Shown: piece by piece, positions 25,451 through 35,579 of the stretch
Numbering within the stretch: the first letter of the stretch is position 1
Layout of the letters: the number at the start of each line of letters is the position of its first letter
Source: Octopus sinensis
Taxonomy: Eukaryota
Direction of reading: 5' to 3'
Length of the DNA stretch: 64,000 nt
Assembly: GCF_006345805.1 (NCBI RefSeq)
Contig: NC_043020.1
Location: 22,630,001 to 22,694,000, forward strand
Notes under the pieces: model-generated
The model's database searches: none
What the model was told of the DNA's origin: nothing
What the model saw: only the letters and a program-made list of their open reading frames with translations
Made by a program: the position numbers and the translations under genes

Positions 25451-25814
25451 GTATATATATATATATATGTATATACACACACGCACACATGTCCAGATGT
25501 TTTGTTGCCTGTTACGTTCTTATTCCATATTTGTTTTCTTTTTTTATATATACATATAGCGGCGTACATACACTTTTGGTCTCCTGTATGTAAGTATATG
25601 CATATATCTAAATTCTGTACGACTCTTACTCTTTCTTTCAGCTTCTTTCACACTTCCTTCCTTCTTTCCACTTTTCTTTTTCTCACTCGCATTTCTTGGC
25701 CTTCCCTTCATTCTCATCACTTACCCTCCTGTTTTAACTCCCTTGTACCTCACTCTGTCCCTTTCCTTTCTTTTTCTCTCTTTCTTGTCCCTCCCTAATT
25801 CTTCAGTCCCTCTG

Positions 25815-26510
25815 CCCCAGAGAAAGTTCAAATCACTAATATTTGTGGTACATCATTCTCTGTAATGCCTTACCTACTCACAAATGCATTATTACAGCAG
25901 AAAGACCCGATGGTTTTGTTATGTGGTACATTCTTTTCTCAAAATAGGGATTTAACTAAACACAGATTCATTCATTCTAAAGAAAAAACTGTATTACAAT
26001 GATATTCACAGTAAGTGTCAGAGCTATACCGTCGGGAACTTTGGTTCCTGGTAGAGCCACCCAAGGAGGATTGGTCTGACACCAAGTGGTATTAGGGCCA
26101 CAACCCGGCAGACGGGGCTCAGGTGAAAATCCTTGGAGTGTCTGCTTTGGCAACCGGCGGTTCCTCAGTCATTCTGTCCCTGCGTCTGTGGACAAACTGC
26201 GGCAAACAGGACGTCTCTACATGCGGGATTGTTGGGGACCGCTTGTGAAATCCACATATTCCCACAAAACTTCTTCCATGAGTAGAAGAAGCCAACTCAA
26301 CCCGTCCAGGGTGAATGTCACCGCAAGTACAAGTAAAGTAAGTATAAAGAACAGGACATCAGCATACAAATCCTGCCAACAACATAACAGCCTCTCCAAT
26401 GCTGACTCCATGATGAAATACATCCAGTACACTGTCAAAGTGACAGTGATAGGTTGGCCGCCAACCATAAAAAGCATTCCCCCTGAAATGGAGCATAGAA
26501 GTGAAGTGTT
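25815..26510 (+). pseudogene. Displaced decayed terminal fingers and 3' flank of Z3
   Basis: Finger remnants (atatttgtggtacatcattctctg, tctcaaaatagggatttaactaaacacag). 26345-26500 resembles the Z1/Z2/Z4 3' flank (acatcagca..acagcctctc..aaatacatcc.gtacactgt). Confidence 0.6.
26017..26336 (+). mobile_element. Second copy of the (CAAGTA)n retroposon, with a shorter left end
   Basis: Aligns to 21728-22043; candidate TSD agtaagt (26010-26016 / 26337-26343). Confidence 0.7.
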
Positions 26511-26707
26511 GCCCCTGATTCATCTAAGACATGAAACAACCGAATTTTAACATTTTTCCCCACTCTTTTCTGGTAGTAATAATAATTTATTATATGTATT
26601 GTATTGGTTACTGATTGATTTCGGTTTATGAAAATAAATTGTTTTAGAATGATCAAGTTGTTCGTTTTTGTTTGTCTGTTTCATGGCATTTGTTAAAGCT
26701 GTACATA

Positions 26708-26880
26708 AGGCGCAGGAGTGGCTGTGTGGTAAGTAGCTTGTTTACCAACCACATGGTTCCGGGTTCAGTCCCACTGTGTGGCATCTTGGGCAAGTGTCTT
26801 CTACTATAGCCTCGGGCTGACCAAAGCCTTGTGAGTGGATTTGGGAGATGGAAACTGAAAAGAAGCCTGTCGTATATATC

Positions 26881-26925
<45 letters not shown>

Positions 26926-27132
26926 AGAAAATGGAGAAATACACCTTAATCAATAATCAACTACCAGATAATACCCAGGTAAAACATTTTACCTTTGCCC
27001 ATATAATTCAATAAATGAATTAATTGCATCACAGTTCTTAGCATTTATGTATTAACTTTGTTGGGTGCTTTACTGGCAGTATATTGGATATATGTTATCC
27101 CATGGTGGGTTGCTCTCACAACCCCTATCTCA

Positions 27133-27173
<41 letters not shown>

Positions 27174-27385
27174 TGTGGGTGTTTGTGTGCCTGTGTTTGT
27201 CCCCCTAGCATTGCTTGACAACTGATGCTGGTGTGTTTATGTCCCCGTTACTTAGCGGTTCGGCAAAAGAGACTGATAGAATAAGTACTGGGCTTGCAAA
27301 AGAATATGTCCCGGGGTCGAGTTGCTCGATTAAAGGCAGTGCTCCAGCATGGCCGCAGTCAAATGACTGAAACAAGTAAAAGAGT
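26708..27385 (+). mobile_element. SINE family A with a nested AT-rich repeat (26921-27125) inside its (TA)n
   Basis: Head at 26708, tail to 27385. The nested piece aaataagaaaatggagaaatacacc matches 40723-40780. Confidence 0.7.
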
Positions 27386-27593
27386 ATAATATAATTTGGT
27401 TATTCTTTTACTTTGCGAAATTGATTCATTCCAGGTTTTGCCTAAAATATGCTTAATTCAACATAAACAGAGCTAAGATATTTAGCTGCAGGTCAGCTGC
27501 CATCATCATCTAATGTCCATTTTCCATGCTGGTATGAGTTGGATGGTTTGACAGGAGCTGCCAAGTCAGAAAACTGCATCAAGCTCTACTATT

Positions 27594-29509
27594 AGATCTT
27601 TTCCTTTTGAATGGCAGATGGCAACACAATTTCTAGTTAACTAAACACTTTTAAACTTCGTATACTGGTAGAATGTGTTTATAAAACATCATTTTTTCTT
27701 GACTTTATTGAGAAAATTCTATAGTTTGTAAGATATTTCGTCTGAAAATCTGAGCATTTTGGCAATTTAAACCAATCGATTACCTCCATTCAACTAAAAT
27801 CATTTGCTGCATCTAAAACTGAGACAACATCCTGTAACTAACCGTAACTCTAATTTTTTTTTTCTTAATTGTTAAATTAATTTAATTGTTACACGTGTAA
27901 AAAAACCCGAAAGCAATGGAAAATGATTTAAACAATTAACAAACAAAATAATTTTATAATTTTATATACACACTTTCCGTACGTATACGGAGTGTGTATG
28001 ATGTCTTAGTTTTAGACACAGCAAATGATTTTAGCTCAAAAGAGAGCATAGGATTGGTTAAAATTCGAAAAATTAAACTACGTTAAACAAATTACAATTT
28101 TCTCAAGAAAGCCAAGTGAAAAAAATGTTTTATTTTGACACATTAATATAATAATAATATAATGAAATTATTGTATACAGTGCTCAGGTGCACCACAACT
28201 TGTCAGAAAGTGCATATAAAGTACATGCAGCAGTGTAGAAATGTCTGGAAAGTGAACATGCTTGTGTGTGTATGGAGGGGAGAAAATCAAGTTTAGTGTT
28301 GCCGAATCTCAGGAAACATGGAAGTTTTGAAGGATGCAGTGCTCCGACAACTAACAACCAATGCCGGCAGTTTGTTCCACGCTTCAGCAACTCTCAGCAT
28401 GAAAAAATGTTTCCTGAAGTCATGGAAGCTGTGCTGTTTTCTTACTTTGTAAATATGTCCACGGGTGTTAGATGGGTGGATTTTGAAGAGGTGCTCAGAG
28501 TTATTGTTTGTGCGATGGTTGATAATTTTATGGGTGTCTGCCAAGTCAGCTGCCAGACATCGGAGTTTCAATGTGTCCATGCCCAGGGAAGTAAGGCGTT
28601 CAGGATATGGCAAATGCCTGATGGAGGATATTCTTTTGGTTGCACGTCGCTGAACAGCTTCCAGACGATTGATGTCCTGGGCAAGATAGGGGTTCCAGAC
28701 CGGTGATGCAAATTCCAGGTGAGGTCTTACCATAGCTATATAAAGCCGCAGATAGATAGCCGGAGAGCGGCTCACAAAGGATTTGGTGAGTGATGCCAAG
28801 ACACCCTCAGCCTTCTTGACAATTTTAGCAATGTGTTTTGTCCAACACAAATCACTGTCGACAATAACACCCGGGTCACGTTCACTTGAAGACTTTTTGA
28901 GACTAGTGTTGTGGAGAGAGTAGGTGGACGCTGGGTTTCTCCTCCCAAAATGCATGGTGGTACATTTGTCCACAGCCAGCTTGAGTTGCCAGTCCATGAT
29001 CCACTGCTGCATTGTGTCCAGGTCTGCTTGCAATAGAGATCCATAGTGTACAGGATTTGACCTCTTTATTTCGAGGTACAGCTTGATGTCATCTGCATAT
29101 TTCAGCACTGTGGCATTCTTTAAGTTGGCATCTATGTCATTAACATATGCAACAAATAAAAGGGGGCCAAGAACAGATCCCTGCGGCACACCAGTTGTCA
29201 TCTCATAGGGCGAAGAGTGCTGTCCTAGAACTGTGACAACCTCTTGCGAAGGGGACGAACAGGAGAGTGGGGTCTCTGCTTTGAGTGCACATACTTCCAG
29301 AACCCTTTGCTGTCAGGGTTAGCTGCAATGCGTTGTTCAAATTCAAGCACTGCCTTTTTTGTCACCTGCTTGAGGTGGTTGGCTGACCTATTGCGCTTTT
29401 TCCTGTTGCTCTCTGATTTGTGCAATTTGTATTCCCATTCTACCAGTATACAAAGTTTTAAAGTGTTTAGTTAACTAGAAATTGTCTGCCGTTCAAAAGG
29501 AAAAGATCC
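27594..29509. mobile_element. GGATC-terminated DNA element with long (about 230-bp) inverted arms and 8-bp TSD, carrying a nested LINE
   Basis: Ends agatcttttccttttgaa / ttcaaaaggaaaagatcc; TSD ctactatt / ctactatc. 27680-27820 mirrors 28000-28135. Confidence 0.75.
28148..29436 (-). mobile_element. 5'-truncated CR1/L2-group LINE (RT ORF 28293-29201) with (TTA)n tail
   Basis: GVPQGSVLGPLLF..YADD..PHLEFASPVWNPY..EAVQRRATK..RVAEAWNKLP; frameshifted upstream piece 29225-29425. Confidence 0.9.
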
Positions 29510-29689
29510 CTACTATCAGAGAAAAAAAAAGGAAGCTCAAAAGCATTTCAGCTATTTCCAGACTTGGCCTAGAAAATATGAATAGGCGCAGGAGTGGCTG
29601 TGTGGTAAGTAGCCTAGTACTTATTCTGTCGGTCTCTTTTGCCGAACTGCTAAGTTACGGGGACGTAAACACACCAGCATCGGTTGTCA

Positions 29690-30588
29690 TAAAAGGCACC
29701 ATTCGAGCGTGATCGCTACCAGTGTTGCCTTACTGGCACTTGTGCCCCGTGCTAGTAGGGTGCCAAGAACACCATCCGAGTGTGATTGTTGCCAGAGCGG
29801 CTAACTGGCTTCCGTGCCGGTGGCACGTAAACGACACCATTCGAGCGTGATCATTACCAGCGTCACCTTACTGGCACCTGTGCCGGTGGCATGTGTAAAA
29901 AGATTCGAGCGAGGTCGTTGCCAGTGCCACCTGACTAGCCCCTGTGCCAGTGACACGTAAAAAGCACCCACTACACTCTCTCTCTATATATATATATGTG
30001 TGTGTGTGTGGTTCAAATGTACAGAAAACAAAAGACAAGGGAACAACAAGTAGGCCCATTAGTTTGACGCTCGGGAAGAATGGAAAAGTTTTCATACACT
30101 CTTCGACAGAAAAGGATGAGGTGGGAAAATGGTGAGAGAGAGAAAAGTGTGTCGGGATTAACGATTTATACATAAGCATATGTACGCGTGTGTCAAAAGA
30201 AGGAATGATTATAATACGCTAAAGCGGTGATTATCAAATTTTTGTTGATAAGCATCTTCTTTCACCAAAATATGGCATCCACCCTAGGTTTGGCAATCAT
30301 ATTTGAGGGGAGAGACGGATAAACAGTAGTGGCACATAAAAAAAAAAACACCATCCGAGCGTGGTCGTTCGCCAGCCTCGTCTGGCACCTGTGTCGGTGG
30401 CACATAAAATCACCCACTACACTCTCGGAGTGGTTGGCGTTAGGAAGGGCATCCAGCTGTAGAAACACTGCCAGATCTGACTGGCCTGGTGCAGCCTTCG
30501 GGCTCCCCAGACACCAGTTGAACCGTCCAACCCATGCTAGCATGGAAAGCGGACGTTAAATGATGATGATGATGATGATGATGATGAT
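29690..30588 (+). mobile_element. Cluster of SINE family B pieces with internal tandem subrepeats
   Basis: Repeated caccattcgagcgtgatc / gtgccggtggcacgtaaa units; (gat)n tail at 30560-30588. Confidence 0.65.
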
Positions 30589-30684
30589 TAAATCATATTT
30601 GATGAAATAATTACCGTGTTTTCCAACTCGCAATATACTGTCAAATTCTAAAAATTCTAAAAATTAAATTTTCTTTAAAATGTT

Positions 30685-31099
30685 GGATCTTTTCAGTTTG
30701 ACCGGCAGTTTTTTCTAGTGGTGTCATATGCAATTGTCACCCATAATTATGACCCTAGTATCGATCTATTGCATTTCAATCTGTATTAGGGTTAGAAGTG
30801 GGGAGAAGGGTATCTTTTTTTTCTTCACAAATGTAAATAAACCCAATCTGTTTCTTAAACAAGGGACATATTCATACGGCACAGAATGTTTTTTTTTACC
30901 TCAATAGACGTCATTGATTGGTTGAAATTGCAGAAATTGAAGAAAAAAACAACAAATATCTTACAAACTATAGAATTTTCTCAATAAAGCCAAGAGAAAA
31001 AGATGTTTTATAAACACATTCTACCAGTATACGAAATTTAAAATTTTTTAGTTACCTAGAAATTATGTTAAAAAACTGCCGTTCAAACCGAAAAGATCC
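30685..31099. mobile_element. GGATC MITE (about 415 bp)
   Basis: TIR ggatcttttcagtttgaccggcagtttt / aaaactgccgttcaaaccgaaaagatcc; decayed TSD aaaatgtt / caaatgat. Confidence 0.85.
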
Positions 31100-31230
31100 C
31101 AAATGATTTTAAAACCTAAGTATCGCATGAGATCTAAATATTTTATCGCTATGAAAAAATTACATTTCACCAGAAACACTCAGCACCAACTTCTGCAATT
31201 CTCTAAGGAGACGTTACCGTTATAATATTT

Positions 31231-31249
31231 GACATCGAAACTGCGGCTG
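31231..31249 (+). promoter_or_regulatory. Z4 copy of the conserved upstream motif (gacatcgaaactgcggctg)
   Basis: Preceded by acgttaccgtt, as at Z3 (17776-17819). Confidence 0.5.
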
Positions 31250-31374
31250 GTGACATAAAGTCAACTCCACTTGTTCATTTCAGTTAAATTTAAATTTTAT
31301 GGTTGAAGAAACGAAGAGCAATTTGAATGTTGGCCGAGAATGAAGTCGACAAATCATTGGTGAACCTCATTTTA

Positions 31375-32091
31375 ATCAGATTTACAGCTGTCAGCTGAAT
31401 CTATAATAAAGAAGATACCGCCAACTTGACTCACAAAGGAAGGTAAGGCATGTTTTTAACTGTACAGGTGGAATTACTGAAAGAGTGTGTGTGGAGGACG
31501 AGAACGGAAGGTTCGGTGAAAGGGTCCTTCACCTCTGGCCCCGGGAGAGTTTCTACCTACGCCTCTACTACAGATTGAGCAGGGCCATCTACCTGAAGGG
31601 ATTTGTGGTTTGCCTGCCTTCTACTTATTAGGACTTTGGTTTTAGCTAGGTTGACTCTAAGGCCCTTCGTTTCTAATCCTTGTTTCCACAACTGAAACTT
31701 CTCCAGTTCTGATAGTGACTCAGCAATTAGAGCAAGACGGGGTTGGAGAGGAGGACCCTGCCACCGAGAGAATACGAGAAACGATGGAAGGATGTGATGA
31801 GAAAGGTGGGTGTTAGTAACCCAGCTTTAATCATTGACGAAAGGAAAAGATCGTTGCTGGGCCTTTTAGGCTGCCGGGTTCGATCTTTTAATCTTTTTAT
31901 TCGTTTTCTTGCTTTGTTTTCTTATGTATTAAAAAAAAAAACTTCTATTCTAAGGTTAAATTAATGAATTATATAAAATATATTTTGGTAAATTTTTAAA
32001 TGATATACGAACTCATATAACATTTTTGTTTTTTGTTTGTCCCGCGTTGTCCCATTCTGTACAAGATCGTTTTTCGATCATAATAAAGATT
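31375..32091 (+). mobile_element. Second L1/Tx1 3' fragment, same family as 16735-17622, within the putative Z4 exon 1
   Basis: Shares ..RWKDVMRKVGVSNPA, gttgctgggcct..aggctgccgggttc and the terminal aataaagatt; interrupted at 31546-31736. Confidence 0.8.
31546..31736 (-). repeat. 191-bp near-identical copy of RTE sequence 33031-33221, inserted in the L1 fragment
   Basis: agagtttctacc..gcaattagagcaag at both loci, equal length. Confidence 0.9.
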
Positions 32092-32171
32092 CCATTTTAA
32101 CAATTCAGATATTTAGTTTGGTGATAACATATAACACGTTGATCCACTGTTTACATCTGAAAATGGTAAGC
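32092..32171 (+). promoter_or_regulatory. 3' part of putative Z4 exon 1 with donor ATG|GTAAGC (GT 32166-32167)
   Basis: tgtttacatctgaaaatg|gtaagctgataaacgtttgttttaatgctgta matches Z3 tgtttacatctgccaacg|gtaagttgataaatgtttgttttaatgctgta. Confidence 0.6.
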
Positions 32172-32494
32172 TGATAAACGTTTGTTTTAATGCTGTAAAT
32201 AATGTATATGAATAATAGAATTTCTTCACTTGGAGGATAAGGTAATTATATTGGAGCGAGAATATATAACAATAGGAACAGGTATAGCTTTCAGATGTAG
32301 TAATTACATAAATGTGGAAACAAATGTTTCCATATCTACACAAATGTACCCCTCCCCTCATAAAAACGGTTTCCCCACAACTTTCTGAAAAATGTGTTTT
32401 TTAATGAAATTTTCTGCAAATGTCTTTGATATGTGATTAAGTTACGTGTAGCTTACGATTGATTATATCGGAAATTAATGTTGCAAAACAATGT

Positions 32495-32769
32495 TGGCAT
32501 TCCTTCGATATAACTCGACAAAATCAAAACATTTCATTTCGGGTATTTCCGTGGAAGCAAATGACAGTCCGATTCTGTTTTCTGCTTGCAAATTGGCGGA
32601 TTTTACATACACACATGAAACAGTTAAGAACAAATATGCAAGGCTCTTTTTCTTCGAGTTTAAAAGGAGACATTTGTGGCATAATTTCGTTATATCTATA
32701 CTTCACAACCCACGGAAATATCCGAAGTGAAATGTTTTGATTTTGTCGAGTTATATCGAAGGAATGCTA
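32495..32769. mobile_element. MITE with about 60-bp TIRs
   Basis: gcattccttcgatataactcgacaaaatcaaaacatttca.. and its reverse complement; flanking direct repeat caatgt. Confidence 0.8.
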
Positions 32770-33009
32770 CAATGTGAATGTTGTATATTTTATGCACCTT
32801 AACTTTCTCTCCTCATGTTTTTATCCAAATTATATCTATGTCGAAAAAAAAAATCACTTTTGAGGACCATCCTTTACCTTCAGGAATTTGTTAAATGAAA
32901 TTTTTCAGAGTTACAGGCATAATTTCAAAAAAAAAAAAATGGTAGGGTGGAATCTAGAGGCGAATTTGTTCGTATGGTTGTTTATTATGCAATGTGCCCT
33001 GAAAATTTC

Positions 33010-33915
33010 ATTACACTGGGTACATCTTATAGAGTTTCTACCTATGCCTTTTCTACAGATTGAGCAAGGCCATCTACCTGAAGGGATTTGTGGTTTGCCT
33101 GCCTTCTACTTATTAGGACTTTGGTTTTAGCTAGGTTGACTCTAAGGCCTTTCGATTCTAATCCTTGTTTCCACAACTGAAACTTCTCTAGTTCTGATAG
33201 TGACTCAGCAATTAGAGCAAGGTCATCAGCATAGAGGAGCTCCTAGGGGCATCCTGTCTTGAATTCCTCCGTTATTGCCTGGAGGACTATGATAAATAGG
33301 AGGGGGCTGAGGACTGAACCTTGGTGGACCCCTACCTCTACCCTGAATTCTTCAGTGTACTCGTTGCCAACCCTTACCTTACTTACAGCGTACCTGTGCA
33401 TGGCTTGCACAGCTCTCACTAACCACTCATCTATCCCTAGTTTCCTCATTGACCACCAGATAAGGGATCGGGGGACCCTGTCAAAGGCTTTCTCCATGTC
33501 AACGAAAGCCAGGTACAGGGGCTTATCTTTGGCTAGATATTTCTCCTGCAGCTGTCTTACCAGAAATATGGCATCAGTGGTGCTTTTCCCTGGCATGAAA
33601 CCAAACTGCATCTCATCCAATCTGACTCTTTCCCTAATAAGTTGGGCTATGACCCTCTCCGTAACCTTCATTACCTGATCCAACAGCTTTATACCTCTGT
33701 AATTATTTGTAATTAGAGCGTCACCTTTACCTTTGTAGCAGTTGACAATTATGCTGCTACACCAGTCATTGGGTATAACTCCTTCGTGTATCACCTGGTT
33801 AACTATATGGGTGACTAGGCTATAGCCGACACTGCCAGATATTTTGAGCATCTCTGCAGTAATTCCTGATGAGCCTGGGGCTTTCCCTGTCTTCATACTT
33901 CTAATTGCCTTATCT
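33010..33915 (-). mobile_element. RTE-clade LINE RT fragment
   Basis: KAIRSMKTGKAPGSSGI..FVDMEKAFDRVPR..GVHQGSVLSPLLF; after the stop it continues LLYADDLALIAES..GLRVNLAKTKV..CSICRKG. Confidence 0.9.
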
Positions 33916-33944
33916 ATATATATCATATATATATATATATATAT

Positions 33945-34445
33945 AGGTGCAGGAGTGGCTGTGTGGTAAGTAGCTTGTTTACCAATCACATGGCTCCGGG
34001 TTCAGTCCCACTGCGTGGCACCTTAGGCAAGTGTCTTCTACTATAGCCTCGGGCCAACCAAAGCCTTGTGAGTGGATTTGGTAGACAGAAACTGAAAGAA
34101 GCTTGTTGTATATATATATATGTATGTGTGTGTGTGTGTTTGTGTGTCTGAGACCGATAGAATAAGTACTGGGCTTACAAAAGAATAAGTCCCGGGGTCG
34201 AGTTGCTCGATTAAAGGTGGTGCTCCAGCATGGCCGCAGTCAAATAACTGAAACAAGTAAAAGAGTATATATATATATATATATATATGACAGACTTCTT
34301 TCAGTTTCCATCTACCAAATCCACTCACAAAGCTTTGGTTAGCCCAAGGCTATAGTAGAAGACACTTGCCCAAGGTGCCATGCAGTGGGACTGAACCCTG
34401 AACCACGTGGTTGGTAAGCAAGCTACTTACATACAGCCACTCCTC
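33945..34445. mobile_element. Two SINE family A copies in opposite orientation
   Basis: + copy 33945-34265; - head 34290-34445. Confidence 0.7.
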
Positions 34446-34482
34446 TACCTAGAATAACTAATGAGTTAAATAATGGAATTGT

Positions 34483-34800
34483 GGAGACGCAATGGCCCAG
34501 TGGTTAGAGCAGCAGACTCGCGGTTGGAAGATCGCAGTTTCGATTCCCAGACCGGGCGTTGTGTGTGTTTATTGAACAAAAAAACCTAAATCTTCAAGAG
34601 GCTCCGGAAGGGGGTGGTGACGACCCCTGTTATACTCTTTCGACCCAACTTTCTTTCACTCTTTCTTCCTGTTTCTGGAGTAATGCTACAATGGACTGAC
34701 GTCCTGTCCAGCTAGGGGGACACACATATGCCATAGAAACCGGGAAACTGGGCCCATGAGCCTGGTTAGGCTTGAAAAGGGTACATAAAAAAAAAAAATA
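34483..34800 (+). mobile_element. tRNA-derived SINE family D with A-tail
   Basis: Head ggagacgcaatggcccagtggttagagcagc..gtttcgattcccagacc, ending in a poly(A) run. Related copies at 54545-54725 and 24560-24765. Confidence 0.65.
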
Positions 34801-35579
34801 ATGGAATTCCAAGAGCTGGGAACATTACTAAATATGTGACTGAGAAAGGCCTAAAGGTACAGCAACCAAAGACACTGGTCCAGGTATAATACATAATCAC
34901 TATTCTGAAGATGTAGATGTAGTCTAAATGAGCAAACTTCACACAACTTTGTATAATGTAATTTAAATAGTAAAGCAAAATGTAAAGTTTCTTTGTTGGG
35001 GTAAAAGTTTATAGTTTATCAATATAGATTTGTAAATTTTCACTGTTGAATCTCTGCTTTTTAATTGTCTTTTAATTATCTTAAACTACTTCTCTGTCAT
35101 TTCAGGATATCAGAGACATTGACTTTGAAGATATATCATCATCATCATCATCGTTTAATGTCTGCTTTCCATGCTAGCATGAGTTGGACGATTTTGACTG
35201 AGGGCTGACGAACCAGATAGCAGCACCAGGCCCCAATCTTGATCTGGCAGAGTTTCTACAGCTGGATGCCCTTCCTAATGCCAATATTTATAATCCTTAA
35301 AGAATTACAGAAAAAGGTTACACAGAAAACAGAAACATTTCCTCTGTGTGTAACATTTCTCTCTATCATTGCCCGGAATATATACAAGGTGATACTGATT
35401 TCAAATTAAATTTGCTAAAATTATAAAAGGACATTGCAATCCTGTTCTGATAATAACAGAAATAAAAGTTGGTGGAAATATTGCAGTTCATGGAAAGGCT
35501 TTGAATAACTCAGGAAGAAAGAAAAAAATTTTTTAAATATACTTATATTGTTGTGGGGGAATTAAAGAATTATAGCAGT

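Noticed and set aside
33165-33230. ctgatga..gaaac on the minus strand
   Set aside because: Coincidental: it is RTE coding sequence (YADDL..LWKQG) with no stem II pairing.
34483-34560. tRNA-like sequences with A/B boxes (also 7736, 10910, 41815, 54545 and the SINE C heads)
   Set aside because: SINE heads that continue into family bodies; no complete cloverleaf.
35553-35579. ORF-track GTG starts for Z4 (35553) and Z6 (58236)
   Set aside because: Eukaryotic context; homologous ATG starts at 35580 and 58197 match the paralog leaders.
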